Part shown: positions 29,052 through 39,639 of the stretch, piece after piece | How the letters are laid out: each line of letters opens with the position of its first letter | Position numbering within the stretch: the first letter of the stretch is position 1 | Assembly (NCBI GenBank): GCA_963822585.1 | Contig: CAWGIE010000026.1 | Location: forward strand, 320,001-384,000 | Source: an uncultured bacterium | Lineage (GTDB): Bacteria; Auribacterota; Erginobacteria; Erginobacterales; Erginobacteraceae | Direction of reading: 5' to 3' | Length of the DNA: 64,000 nt | Notes under the pieces: generated by a model | What the model saw: the letters and a program-made list of their open reading frames with translations, nothing else | The model's database searches: none | Told to the model about the DNA's origin: nothing | Made by a program: the position numbers and the translations under genes

Positions 29052-29149
29052 AACCACGAAGGTCACGAAGGTCACGAAGAAGAGTATAAAAGGGAAAAAA
29101 ATTGTTTCCCTGATGCAGTATCTTCGTGGCCTTCGTGTTCTTCGTGGTT
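29052..29149. repeat. CACGAAG-unit inverted repeat element
   Basis: aaccacgaaggtcacgaaggtcacgaag ... cttcgtggccttcgtgttcttcgtggtt. Confidence 0.85.
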
Positions 29150-29158
29150 CGGAATAGA

Positions 29159-31288
29159 TTAAATAACAGCCGCACCGGAGGGGTTGATGGAGAGACCGGA
29201 TACCGGCAGATCTCCGGTTTTCCCGAAGTAGATCCGGGTAATTCCCCGCACCGACCAGAGGCCGCCGGTATCCCGGAAGACGGCGATATTCGCCTTCAGC
29301 ACTCCCTGGTAATTTCCCGGGACCGGGCGATCGCCGGGGTTACCGAAATAAAAACGGGTATAGTCCTGGAGAGCCCAGAGACCGGAACTGCCCCGGAAAA
29401 TCCCCAGGGTGTAGGCGCCCGGGTAGATCCCCGGATAATTGGCCGGAACGGGGGTGTCTCCCGATTTGCCGAAGTACACACGGGTCAGCCCCTTGATCGC
29501 CCAGAGGCCGGAAGCCCCGCGGAAAACGGCGATGTATTTCTCCGGCGACGCGCCATTGAAGGGGACCGGGCGATCTCCCGACCGACCGAAGTAGGACCGG
29601 GTCACGCCCTTGATCGCCCAGAGCGCCGCCACCGGTCGAAAAACACCAATCTCACAGGCGCCGTTGCCGTTATAATCACCCGGGACCGGAATATCACCCG
29701 CCTGGCCGAAATAGGTCCGGCTGATGGCCCGGATGGCCCAGAGCCCGCTGGAGTTCCGGAAGACGGCGATATCGGAAATCCCGTCGGCATTGAAGTCGCC
29801 CGAGGCCGGCGTATCTCCGCCGGCGCCGAAATAGACCCGGGTCACGCCCTTGATCGCCCAGAGACCGGAACTGCGCCGGAAGATAGCGATATCGGAAGTT
29901 CCGTCGCCATTATAGTCCCCGCTGTCGATTGATGCCGGAAAAAAAGCAGGGGTGGGGGTCATCGTGGGAGAAGGATAAGCGCCGCGCCGATACAGCGGGA
30001 AATTGATCCCTCCGGTATTGGCAGGGATCATGGTGGCCTGACTCTTGATATCTTTCTGGTTATAATACTGGTTCCGGTAATCCGGGCTCTGGAAGACGTC
30101 CGCGAATACCAGATAGGTCCCGATGTTCAGGGTCCCGGTAGAATAATATCCCTGGCTGTTTGAGATCCCGATACTGGTCATGGTCGATCCCAGCGCCCGG
30201 ACATAGATATCGGGGATGCCGGCCCCCGTTACCCGGTCATAGACGCGGCCCGAGATCGGGCCCCTCACGATCTCGGCGGTGGGGGTGGGCCGCGGGGTCG
30301 GAGTCCGTGGAGGGATAGACGGGGTCGGCTGAGGAGAAGGCGTCATACTGGGGGCGGGGGTGGGCGAAGGGAAAACGTCGTATGCCTGCATGACCGCCAT
30401 ATGGTCCATCGCGAAACTGTGCGAGTCCCCGTAGAGAACGGGCGGGAGGTTCCAGAGCGGGGTGGACGGGGGGGCGGTGGTGGTGTCTGACCAGCGCGAG
30501 AAGACATGACTGTCGAGAACTATCCCGGCGTCATATTCGTAATCCTCGGTGCCGATAATCAGGGTGGCGTGGCGGTCGTCCAAAAGCTGGTTGGGCATGA
30601 TCCAGTCAAAGGGACGATCGCGGGACTGGTTTGTGTTCTCATCGCCAAGCCGGTCCTCCGGCCGAAAGGTAGCCGGATCGAGGAAGGTGGCGAAGGTCTG
30701 GATACACCACTCGTACTGGGTTTCGGTGTTCAGATCCCCGCCCACGATAATATAACCGGTGAATCCCCGAGAAGCGATATAATCCTCGACATAGGTCTTG
30801 ATGAGGGTGGCTTGCAGGGCCCGCGTGGCGGCTTCTCCGGCGTCCGCTTTCAGGTGAACGCTGACCGCCAACAGATCGGTATTCCCCGGAAGATCGATCT
30901 CCACCCAGGCGAAATCGGGTCGATTGCTCCCCCCCACGGTATCCTCCCAATTCCCCGCGGTCTGGATCGTCCAGCGGCTGACGATACCGTTGTTGGCGAC
31001 AAAGGCGCCGGAGCCACCGGATCCGAGGAAAAAATCAAACTCAGGGCCGAACGCCTGGTCGACATAATCCCGGTAGGTTCCCCCGCCGATTCGCCACTCC
31101 TGGAGAAGAGTGATATCCGGCGCCAGTCCCTGAAAGATCCTGATCGATTCCTGTCCGGCATAGGTACCGATCTTACTGACATTCTGGGTCGCTATTTTGA
31201 GATCGCTCCCCGGAAGGCAGGGACCGCCGACTACCAGCGCCGGGATCGCCAGGAAGAGGAGTATCCTGAAAATACGGTATCGGTTCAT
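29159..31288 (-). CDS. Secreted EEP (endonuclease/exonuclease/phosphatase) protein with Pro/Thr linkers, a beta-sandwich and a 6x40-aa FG-GAP-like tail
   Basis: ATQNV, LLQE, SVHLKA, GGDLN, DWI, DHMAV motifs; GDYNGDG..IFR..GLWA..TR.YFG repeats. Confidence 0.8.
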   Translation of the reverse strand: MNRYRIFRILLFLAIPALVVGGPCLPGSDLKIATQNVSKIGTYAGQESIRIFQGLAPDITLLQEWRIGGGTYRDYVDQAFGPEFDFFLGSGGSGAFVANNGIVSRWTIQTAGNWEDTVGGSNRPDFAWVEIDLPGNTDLLAVSVHLKADAGEAATRALQATLIKTYVEDYIASRGFTGYIIVGGDLNTETQYEWCIQTFATFLDPATFRPEDRLGDENTNQSRDRPFDWIMPNQLLDDRHATLIIGTEDYEYDAGIVLDSHVFSRWSDTTTAPPSTPLWNLPPVLYGDSHSFAMDHMAVMQAYDVFPSPTPAPSMTPSPQPTPSIPPRTPTPRPTPTAEIVRGPISGRVYDRVTGAGIPDIYVRALGSTMTSIGISNSQGYYSTGTLNIGTYLVFADVFQSPDYRNQYYNQKDIKSQATMIPANTGGINFPLYRRGAYPSPTMTPTPAFFPASIDSGDYNGDGTSDIAIFRRSSGLWAIKGVTRVYFGAGGDTPASGDFNADGISDIAVFRNSSGLWAIRAISRTYFGQAGDIPVPGDYNGNGACEIGVFRPVAALWAIKGVTRSYFGRSGDRPVPFNGASPEKYIAVFRGASGLWAIKGLTRVYFGKSGDTPVPANYPGIYPGAYTLGIFRGSSGLWALQDYTRFYFGNPGDRPVPGNYQGVLKANIAVFRDTGGLWSVRGITRIYFGKTGDLPVSGLSINPSGAAVI

Positions 31289-31336
31289 GGAGTGAATCTC
31301 CTTTATTATTTTTTCAAAGAAAAAATAATACAGCGG

Positions 31337-34300
31337 TTACTTCGTCGCCGGCAGATCGCCGGTGGCCCCGAAATAAACCCGGCTGATACCCCGGACAGCC
31401 CAGATACCCCGGCCGGGACGGAAGACGCCCATATCGTCGCGGAAATCGCCGTTGTAATCGGCCGGCACCGGCTGGCGGCCGACGCCGCCGAAATACACCC
31501 GGCTGATTCCGCGGATTGCCCAGAGACCGGAGCTGGAGCGATAGATCGCCGCCGACGCCGTCCCGGACCCGCTGTAATCTCCGGGAATAGCCGCATCATC
31601 CCCTCCTCCGAAATAGAACCGGGTCACGTCCTTGGCCGCCCACATCCGGGTGGCGGACCGGAAGACGGAGACATCCATGAAACCGTCACCGTCATAGTCC
31701 GCGATGGCCGGGATATCGCCGGAACCGCCGAAGTACACGCGGCCCAGGCCGTTGACCGCCCAGAGACCGGCGGTGGGCCGGAAGATACCCCAATCACAGA
31801 CACCGTCACCATCGTAGTCGCCGGGAACCGGTAGGTCACCAAGACCGCCGAAATAGCTCCGGGTCATCCCCCGCACGGCCCAGAGACCGCTGGTGTCCCG
31901 GAAAAGGGCAATGTCGGTACACCCGTCACCGTCATAGTCTCCGGAAACGGGGATATCCCCGTCATTACCATAGTAAACCCGGGTGATGCCCCGGACCGCC
32001 CAGAGACCATATTGGGATCCCCGGAAGACGGCGATATCCGACATGCCGTCGCCGTTGTAATCTCCTCCGGCCACACTGATCGCTCCGAAATCGGGGGCGG
32101 GGGTCGTGGTCGGCGACGGGTACACCCCGTCCTTATAAAGCGGGAAGTTAATCCCGGCGGTATTCGAGGAGACCGTCCCCGCTCTGGCCTGGCTATCTTT
32201 CTGGTTATACCACTGGGAACGATAGACCCGGATACCGCTGCCCTGGTTGCTGTCGCAGTAGACATTGTAGATTCCGGCCAGAAGATCGGGGATGCTGTAA
32301 TTCCCCGAAGAGTTGGTGAACCCTCCTCCCGGCCGGAGACCGGCCTCCAGCGGAAGCGCCCGGACGTAGACATTACCGACGCCCGCGCCCGTTACCCGGT
32401 CATAGACACGCCCTGATATCGGCCCGTTGACGGGGACCGGCGTCGGTGACGGCGATTGGTAACCAATCGGGGTCGGTTTGTAGGGCGTCGGCGTCGGGTT
32501 GGCCCAGGAACGGTAGATCTTGGTCGCACCGCTGGAACCGATCGCGTAAACATGCCGGTTGTCCACCGCCGAGAACTGATAGATGGTGGAGAGCTTTTTT
32601 TCGACGATCCATTCCGAGCCATTGTAGTGGAAGATCTGTCCGTCCCCGGAGGTCCAGGCGTTGTTTTCGTCGAGGACCTCGATGCACTGGAAGTTGGTGC
32701 CGTAGAGCGATTGAGTCTGCAGGTACCAGGAAGAACCGTCGTAATGATCGATCTCACCGCAGGCGCCAACCACCCAGAGGAGGGTGTTGCCGTACTGGTC
32801 GATACAGCCGCCCAGAGGATGGTCATACAGAGTCCAGGTGCCGAAGTCTTTGATCCGATCCCAACTGTAACCACCATCATCGGAAAAGAAAGCCGAGGCC
32901 TCGTAGGTAGTGGAGGAGTGCCTCAGGACAAAGGCTTCATCCGGTTTCAGGTAAACGCAACCATAGAGAGAGCCGCTCTCTCCAATCGTGGAGTCGTTCC
33001 ATTCCCCCGACTCGCTATAAAGGATAGTTCCCGAAGCACCGCCCACCATGATATGGTCCGGATCCGGGGCATCAATCGAATAATTGGTTTTTCCGAGGCC
33101 CTCAGAGACTATCTCCCAGTACAAGCCGTTATAGTGGTAGACATCGCCGCCTCCCGAGCCGGAGCCATAAACATTGTCCGCAGCCAGCGCCACGAACTCA
33201 TTGATGTTGCCACCCAGTAACGCCTGGAGTTCCCAGACCGAGCCGTTCCAATGATAGACCAGACCGCAGCTGCAGCCGATCCAGATGTTGTCATTATCGA
33301 AGGCCTCGATGGCGTTGATCCCGCAGCCTTGGGTGACGTTCGCCAGATCAACCCACAACTCCCACCCCAGGGGGACATAGGGCTGGGGAGGGGTGAGGCC
33401 TTTCAGCGTGAAATTGGCCGCCGAGATGCCGGGGAGGCCGATCCCGCCGATTTCCGAGATCCGGACCCGGGCCTCGGTGGTGGTGACGTTGGGAATCGTC
33501 CAGGGATAGTAGCTCCCCGAGTTGGGCCGATTGGCCGCGATCTGGAACCAGGGCCCGGAGGGCCCGCTGATCGAGTAGTCGATGTTGACGTTCCCGGAGA
33601 TGCCGGCGGTCGAAGTCCAGGTAATAGCGTGATTGTCGCCGTAATACCAGACCTCTCCTCCCTTGGGGGATTTCACGGTGAAGAACGGGGAAGCGATGGT
33701 GAAGACGGCCGGGGACTGGCCGGAGACAGCGACCGACTGCCGGACCCGGACCAGGGCCTGGCTGCTGTTCACGTCGGGGACGGTCCAGGGATAGGGGCTG
33801 GAGCCGAGGGCGATCCCGGAGGCGATCGGGATCCAGGAACCGCCGTTATCGATCGAATAAGAAAGATCGACTGCCCCGGGGCCGACGGTTACTCCATACG
33901 ACCAATCTATGTCATAAACGCCGGTCCGGTACCAGGTCTCCCCCCCCTTGGGAGAGAGAACATTGATGGTATCCGTCGCGGCGATCCGGAAGAGGCCGGA
34001 CTGGCCCGACACCCCCCCTCCCCCGGCTTCCCGGACCCGGACCCGGGCCTGGGTGCTGGGGTCGTTGGGTACCGTCCAGGGACGGATGCCGGTATCGGCG
34101 ACGTTGGTCGCGATGGGGGCCCAAGCACTGCCATTGGTCGAGTAATCGATGTCAACATTCCCGGTCAGGCTGTGGGATTCCCACATGATATTATCCGATT
34201 CTCCGACATACCAGGCCGCGCCCGTATTCGGGGCGGTCACGAAGATTGCCGGCCCATGGTTTACGTAGAAAACGTCGATATAAACATTATTGTTGTTATT

Positions 34301-35350
34301 GGTGGTCTCCTTCGCGGCGATATAGAGGCGGACCTGGTCGGCCTCGACAGGGGCGGTCACCTGGTATTCTTTTTTCTCCCAGGTATCGAAGGCCATCAGA
34401 GGCCAATCGGTGTCGCTGTCGGTACTGATGACAACCCCTTCGCTCAGCCATTCTATATTAAACTTGAAAAGGGTGGCGTTGACGGAACCTTTTTCGTAGG
34501 CGACATAGAACCAGCCGCCGACATAATATTCATCCCCGCCGATGATCGAGGAGACCGCGCCGGAGCGGATCCCCTGATCGGCATAATTGTCGGACACGTA
34601 CCCGGTATCGCTGAACGTGCAGGAAAAGATCCCCTGGTAGGCCTGGTCCGATGACCGGGCAACATATGTTTCTTTGGCCGCTACCTTTGTCCAGCCGACC
34701 AGGGCCGGATCGAGTTCGAAGCTGGGGTTGGGAACATTCGTATACGGGGTCGGGGTCGGGGGGGGTATCGGGGTTAATGTCGGCGTAGCGGTCGGCGGCG
34801 GCGAGGGGGTGACGGTCGGCGACGGCACGCCGGCGGTGATGCCCACGTCATCGAAGGCCAGGTCGCCCGCGCTCTTGGTATAGCTGAAGCGGGTGGTGGT
34901 GGAGAGGAAATCCAGAGCGAAGGGGCCTAAATTCGTTCCCGCGATCGGCAGGGGCATGACGGTGGTCACCTCCGACCAGCCGGCGCCGGAGTAATACTCC
35001 TCCACCAGGAGGGCGCTGCTGATGTCCGTCCCCTGGCCCTTCACCCAGAAAGAAAGCTGATCGGGATGGAAAAGGGAGGCGGTCTGGATGTAGTCCCCGG
35101 TCGTGTCGAGTTTAATCGACGGGGAAGCAAAGCCGAAATTTCCGGCGCTGGTGTATGTGTCGCCGTTGCTGTTGCAGCCGTTGAAAATCCAGCCGGCCGG
35201 GCGGGTCCCGGTGTCAAAATTGTTGAACCCCTGGGTGATCGGCTGACCGCGGCCGCTCCCCGGAAAAGCCATCGAGAGAAGGAAGAGAAGGGTGACGAAC
35301 ACCGGCGCGGCGTAACGGACGGTATGATTGTACCTGGATAATGCTGACAT
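31337..35350 (-). CDS. Large secreted/surface protein (CBM-like domain, three Ig-like repeats, propeller-like region, 6x40-aa tail)
   Basis: Signal peptide; NPSFE; three SP.GGE.W..I.W..WTVP repeats; HYNG..W repeats; same C-terminal module as the adjacent gene. Confidence 0.8.
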   Translation of the reverse strand: MSALSRYNHTVRYAAPVFVTLLFLLSMAFPGSGRGQPITQGFNNFDTGTRPAGWIFNGCNSNGDTYTSAGNFGFASPSIKLDTTGDYIQTASLFHPDQLSFWVKGQGTDISSALLVEEYYSGAGWSEVTTVMPLPIAGTNLGPFALDFLSTTTRFSYTKSAGDLAFDDVGITAGVPSPTVTPSPPPTATPTLTPIPPPTPTPYTNVPNPSFELDPALVGWTKVAAKETYVARSSDQAYQGIFSCTFSDTGYVSDNYADQGIRSGAVSSIIGGDEYYVGGWFYVAYEKGSVNATLFKFNIEWLSEGVVISTDSDTDWPLMAFDTWEKKEYQVTAPVEADQVRLYIAAKETTNNNNNVYIDVFYVNHGPAIFVTAPNTGAAWYVGESDNIMWESHSLTGNVDIDYSTNGSAWAPIATNVADTGIRPWTVPNDPSTQARVRVREAGGGGVSGQSGLFRIAATDTINVLSPKGGETWYRTGVYDIDWSYGVTVGPGAVDLSYSIDNGGSWIPIASGIALGSSPYPWTVPDVNSSQALVRVRQSVAVSGQSPAVFTIASPFFTVKSPKGGEVWYYGDNHAITWTSTAGISGNVNIDYSISGPSGPWFQIAANRPNSGSYYPWTIPNVTTTEARVRISEIGGIGLPGISAANFTLKGLTPPQPYVPLGWELWVDLANVTQGCGINAIEAFDNDNIWIGCSCGLVYHWNGSVWELQALLGGNINEFVALAADNVYGSGSGGGDVYHYNGLYWEIVSEGLGKTNYSIDAPDPDHIMVGGASGTILYSESGEWNDSTIGESGSLYGCVYLKPDEAFVLRHSSTTYEASAFFSDDGGYSWDRIKDFGTWTLYDHPLGGCIDQYGNTLLWVVGACGEIDHYDGSSWYLQTQSLYGTNFQCIEVLDENNAWTSGDGQIFHYNGSEWIVEKKLSTIYQFSAVDNRHVYAIGSSGATKIYRSWANPTPTPYKPTPIGYQSPSPTPVPVNGPISGRVYDRVTGAGVGNVYVRALPLEAGLRPGGGFTNSSGNYSIPDLLAGIYNVYCDSNQGSGIRVYRSQWYNQKDSQARAGTVSSNTAGINFPLYKDGVYPSPTTTPAPDFGAISVAGGDYNGDGMSDIAVFRGSQYGLWAVRGITRVYYGNDGDIPVSGDYDGDGCTDIALFRDTSGLWAVRGMTRSYFGGLGDLPVPGDYDGDGVCDWGIFRPTAGLWAVNGLGRVYFGGSGDIPAIADYDGDGFMDVSVFRSATRMWAAKDVTRFYFGGGDDAAIPGDYSGSGTASAAIYRSSSGLWAIRGISRVYFGGVGRQPVPADYNGDFRDDMGVFRPGRGIWAVRGISRVYFGATGDLPATK

Positions 35351-35369
35351 GGCCCTGCTCCTTGCGTTA

Positions 35370-35509
35370 TAAATCAGCGCCTGCGGCGCTCATTTAGTTT
35401 TGAACAAGTAGATCAGTCCACTGTAAACTTCCGGAATGGTGCATATATGAAATTGTTTTAAAGCTGTCTCCGATACCGTTTCCTGATTAGATTCAAAATT
35501 TCGAAATCG
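35370..35509 (-). repeat. Bipartite intergenic element upstream of the surface protein
   Basis: Minus strand: cgatttcgaaatttt ... accattccggaagttt ... taaatgagcgccgcaggcgctgattta. Confidence 0.55.
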
Positions 35510-35623
35510 AGACATGATCATCCTACCGTTTAACAGTTTGGCAGAAATACGTTTAGATAGAAACTCTCCGTATTTTTATCATACCACTTTTAGGGCGATT
35601 GTCACCAAGAATTTTCGTAAAAA

Positions 35624-36355
35624 CTAAAAATAAATAATTTCTATCCGGCCCCGGGCCGCGAGGAGATTGCCGCAGACGGCCAGGGAACCCCGGACCCCGC
35701 TGATCGAACCGATAGCCGCTCCGGCGGCTTCCATGACCGAGCGGTCTTCACGATAGATCCGGTTGCCGAGAGCCGTGGCCGCCGCGTCGGCCATCACCGG
35801 ATCGTCGGCCACAACCACGGCGGCCGCCGAGCGTCCCCAGCTCAGGGAACGCCCCCGCGTACCGCTGGAGGCGGCCACCCCGGCCGGCATATCATCAGAT
35901 AGAATCCGGATACCGAGTTTCCGGAATGCGGGTTCTTCTCCCCCCGTATAGATAAGAATGTCCCTTGCTCTCCGGCCGGAAAGGTACATATCCCCCCCGT
36001 TCTCAACGATTACCTCGGGAGAAAGGAGGGAAAGTTCCCTTCCCACGAAAAAGGCCACCGCGCCGGCCACGGACGCCATCGGACCGACACCGCAGAGAAA
36101 GGCGGCCCGAGCCATCCCGGCGATCACGGAAGGAGCATCCGTCGTCGCCGGTATCGGCTCCATACTTTCCCGGAAGCCGGGATGGAGCGACAGGTACTCC
36201 TCTATCTCCCCCCGGCATCGGGCCAGGGCCTTTCTGGCCGGGACGGAGAGATCACGGCCGGCGCTGACCAGGAGATCGCTTTCTCCCATCCGCACCCGGG
36301 CGCGAACCAGGTCGTCAGCCGAAATCAGGGCTCGATATTCATCAACCGTTTCCAT
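35624..36355 (-). CDS. UPF0280 / ApbE-like family protein
   Basis: GESDL, VGPMASVAGA, VENGGD, SLSWG, ADAAATALGN. Confidence 0.85.
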   Translation of the reverse strand: METVDEYRALISADDLVRARVRMGESDLLVSAGRDLSVPARKALARCRGEIEEYLSLHPGFRESMEPIPATTDAPSVIAGMARAAFLCGVGPMASVAGAVAFFVGRELSLLSPEVIVENGGDMYLSGRRARDILIYTGGEEPAFRKLGIRILSDDMPAGVAASSGTRGRSLSWGRSAAAVVVADDPVMADAAATALGNRIYREDRSVMEAAGAAIGSISGVRGSLAVCGNLLAARGRIEIIYF

Positions 36356-36379
36356 CTTTCCCCGACATTATTATATTAG

Positions 36380-38393
36380 CCCGACTTTCGCAATTGGACC
36401 TATTTTTGAGTCGTAACTCCCTGCAAATCAACAAAACCTTCCCAAAGGTCTGTACTACATTTCCACTGCTCTTTTTGCAGTTATCTTCGGCGGAGGCTGT
36501 TTCGGCAACCGCCAGTCCAGCTGGCTGAGCAGTAGTTGCTGTTCCTTTTCCGGCTGGGTATACCGGGTAAATATCAACTCCCTGCCGTCAGTGGTGGGGA
36601 AGTGCACGTCCAGCATCTGCATCGCCCCCAGACTGTCCAACGCCTGCCTCACCGTCAGACCCGGCGCTCTCTGCCGCAACCTCTGGCGGAGGGTAACGTG
36701 AATACAGTACGCGAGGAAGGCGAGGAAAATATGGGCCTCGATCCGGTCCTCTCTCTGATGGAAGATGGGACGCAATGCCATATCGCCTTTCAGGTTTTTG
36801 AAGGCATTCTCTACTTCCACCAGGAGCAGGTAGAACTCCCAGAGCTTCCCCGGGTCGGTCTCGACCAGATTTGAACGCAGTAAATATCTCCCCTCTCTGC
36901 GGCGCACCGCCCGCAGCTTCTCTTTGTTGAGACTGTAGGTGAATGACACCCGCCGGGACCGCATCTTTTTCTCCGGAGGATCGGGCAATTCAACCTCAAC
37001 CAGAGACCAGACCCGTCCGGCATCTTTTTTTGCCCCGCCCAACTTCAAAAGCAGGTTTTCATATGTCGGCCGCTGACGTCGCAATTCCTTCAAGCGCGCC
37101 CACAGCCGTTTAAGCCGCCGCCGGCGCATCGATCTTTCCTTGCCCACCCGGGGCCGGCTCTGCACCCAGACATAAAGATCATCATCACGGGGCAAGAGTT
37201 TGACCTGAACTTCCGGCCGCACTTCCTGCCAGGGCCGGTTCAACAACTCTTTCTCCAGTTTGGTGAGTCTTCCCTTGGGGGTCCCGACCAGGTAAAGCAT
37301 CCCCCGTTCTCTCATCCAGGCCAGGTGCTCTTCGGTCGGGATCCCCCGATCCATCAGCCAGATCCGCCGGGCCTTGCCATATCTCGATTCGATCTTCTTC
37401 AGGAAATCCGGCAGGGTGGCATTGTCCCTGGTGTTCCCCGGCATAACCTCGTAGGCCAGGGGAAATCCTTCCGGTGTCACCACCAGGGCGATCACTACCT
37501 GCACGCAATCGGGCCGATGATCCCGGCTGTAGCCATATCTCCTTTTATCGTTCTTGTCGAAAGGCGGGTCGCTCTCAAAATAGGTGCTGGTCAGGTCATA
37601 TAAGATCACGTCGTAGGTGATCCCGAAAAGATCGTGCCAGCGCTCAGCCAGAAAACTGAATAAATCCTCCTTGTGTTCCAGAAGCCTGTCCAGACACCGA
37701 TAAAGTTTATCCTTGGCGACCAGGGAGAAATCTTCTCCCAGCAGATCTCCCATCGCGCTCCGCTTGTACCATTGCCGGTGAAGGCGCCACTCGCTGCCGG
37801 GGTCAATCAAGCGATACGCCGCCAGGACCATTAATACCCGGTACCACGATGTTCCTTTGCGGCTGTCCTTCAGACGCTCGCTCCAGAATCGATCCAGTTC
37901 CAACTCGTCCCAGATCCGACAAAATGCCCAACAGGCTCCCCATTGCCTCGGCCGCCGCAGCGTGAACTCTTCCAGGCAAACTTGCACCCCCTGATCGCTC
38001 GCGTACTCCGGTATGGCGCGATCAGATGGAAACAGGGCCAGCTTCGTCTGGCACCTTTGCTTAACATCGAATGCGTCGATACACCGTAACCAGGACTCTT
38101 GCTGACTGTCGTTAATCTCTCCCAGGTACAGGATGTGGCGATCAACCACCCGACCGCCCCGGCAGCGGTGCTTCTCCGCAATGCTCCAGTAGCGGTGTTC
38201 CTTCCCATCTTTGAATCGGCGATGACACTTCAGGTACATGGTGGAGACAAAATATAGTAATCTCCCTGTACCTGACAAGGGGGTAGGTCTGTACCACAAA
38301 CACTTTTAAAAATCCAGTTGTTGTCGTACAATGACTTCTGTTAATTGACCCCCCGAAAATAGTTGTTTTTAAGGCCCAATTGCGAAAGTCGGG
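36380..38393 (-). mobile_element. IS1634-family insertion sequence (2014 bp)
   Basis: 22-bp TIRs cccgactttcgcaattggacct / aggcccaattgcgaaagtcggg (21/22 match); TTAG direct repeats at 36376-36379 and 38394-38397. Confidence 0.9.
36455..38239 (-). CDS. IS1634-family DDE transposase
   Basis: LYDLTSTYFE, GYSRDHRPD, LMDRG, VENAFKNLK, LRPIFH..RIEAHI. Confidence 0.92.
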   Translation of the reverse strand: MYLKCHRRFKDGKEHRYWSIAEKHRCRGGRVVDRHILYLGEINDSQQESWLRCIDAFDVKQRCQTKLALFPSDRAIPEYASDQGVQVCLEEFTLRRPRQWGACWAFCRIWDELELDRFWSERLKDSRKGTSWYRVLMVLAAYRLIDPGSEWRLHRQWYKRSAMGDLLGEDFSLVAKDKLYRCLDRLLEHKEDLFSFLAERWHDLFGITYDVILYDLTSTYFESDPPFDKNDKRRYGYSRDHRPDCVQVVIALVVTPEGFPLAYEVMPGNTRDNATLPDFLKKIESRYGKARRIWLMDRGIPTEEHLAWMRERGMLYLVGTPKGRLTKLEKELLNRPWQEVRPEVQVKLLPRDDDLYVWVQSRPRVGKERSMRRRRLKRLWARLKELRRQRPTYENLLLKLGGAKKDAGRVWSLVEVELPDPPEKKMRSRRVSFTYSLNKEKLRAVRRREGRYLLRSNLVETDPGKLWEFYLLLVEVENAFKNLKGDMALRPIFHQREDRIEAHIFLAFLAYCIHVTLRQRLRQRAPGLTVRQALDSLGAMQMLDVHFPTTDGRELIFTRYTQPEKEQQLLLSQLDWRLPKQPPPKITAKRAVEM

Positions 38394-38539
38394 TTAGCCG
38401 CAGAAAGGCATACAAGCTGTAAAGGCTCCCTCTCCCTCGCCCCCTTTAATTAGCCGCAAAAACGTAGTCCCGAGGAGACCGAACGGTATCTTTTCGGGAG
38501 GCGCAAAAAACGCAAAAGTTCCCCCTGCCTCGCCCCCAT

Positions 38540-38657
38540 AATGACCTTCCAATGGCCAACTCCCCATTTTCAACTATCCCATCGATATTTACCGCCTGTA
38601 TGTATTTGGATATTGATTATTGGACGTTGGTCATTGGATATTCATTGGATATTCATT
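38540..38657. repeat. Degenerate tandem-unit hairpin (aatgacc / ttggatatt type)
   Basis: aatgaccttccaatggccaac ... ttggatattgattattggacgttggtcattggatattcattggatatt. Confidence 0.55.
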
Positions 38658-38691
38658 CTTTTGAGATCCGGGCGAACATGGGGATTCGCCC

Positions 38692-39369
38692 CTACTTTGC
38701 CTTCCACTTCGCCCCGCAGGCGGGACATTCTCCGGAGGTCACGCTTGCTCCCACGGTAATTTTTTCCCCGCAGCGCCAGCACTTCAGTGTCCGGGGGCTT
38801 CCCGCCGATGCCACCGTCCCGGCCGAAGACGACCGCGTGGACAGATTCCCCTGGACGGTGACCAGGTTCTTCAGGGATTCATAAGTCCGGGGGCCGATCC
38901 CCCAGACTTCCATCAACTCCTCCGTTCGCCGAAAACCGCCCTCCTTTTCCCGGTACTCGATGATCCGGAGAGCCTTGGTCGGTCCAATCCCCGGAAGAGA
39001 CTCCAGTTCCGCCTGGGTAGCGGTGTTAAGGTTGATCCCGGGTTTCGCCGAAAGTCGGCTGAACCCGGGGGCGACGGGAACGGTTATAATCAGATCCTTG
39101 AGGGTCTGGTATTTCTTATCGCCGAAGCCGAAGACCCGGGTGATCTCCTCCGGACTTTTGAACGGTCCATTCGCCTCCCGGTCGGTGACAATCCGCTGGG
39201 CAAGGACCGGGCCGACCCCGGGAAGCCGCAGCAGCTCCTCCGCGGTCGCCGTATTGATATCCACCGGATCTCCGGCGGACGCCGGCCCGGGCAGAACCGT
39301 TAGAGAAATGAGGCCGAGGAGTATCATCACCGGAAAAAGAGAGCGGGGGAATTTGCTTCCTGTCTGCAT
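38692..39369 (-). CDS. comEA: ComEA-family DNA receptor with two HhH modules and a C-terminal Zn ribbon
   Basis: Signal peptide; twice IN.NTAT..EL..LPG.GP..A..I..R...G.F; CWRC..CPAC. Confidence 0.85.
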   Translation of the reverse strand: MQTGSKFPRSLFPVMILLGLISLTVLPGPASAGDPVDINTATAEELLRLPGVGPVLAQRIVTDREANGPFKSPEEITRVFGFGDKKYQTLKDLIITVPVAPGFSRLSAKPGINLNTATQAELESLPGIGPTKALRIIEYREKEGGFRRTEELMEVWGIGPRTYESLKNLVTVQGNLSTRSSSAGTVASAGSPRTLKCWRCGEKITVGASVTSGECPACGAKWKAK

Positions 39370-39611
39370 AAATTAGCTCGCTACGCTCGCAAATTTATGG
39401 AGAATCGGCTTTCACTCCGTGAAGATTTGTAGTAGATGTAGAATAACATGGCATCGCCTTATCGTAGACAAGGCTTGCTGAATTGCAAGCGAAGCGATCC
39501 TACAATTCCTACAAAGAATGCCGAAGGCATTCTGATCCTACAAGTCCTGAAGCGAAGCGAAAGGACGATACTACACTATTTGATTTCTCTTTTTTGAAAT
39601 CCCGGAGCATC
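39369..39611 (-). repeat. Bipartite intergenic element upstream of comEA
   Basis: Minus strand: gatgctccgggatttc-[tcctacaa/agcgaagcga repeats]-ataaatttgcgagcgtagcgagctaattt-ATG. Confidence 0.6.
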
Positions 39612-39639
39612 TGGTCCGCGGCTGCTGGATAGGAGACAA

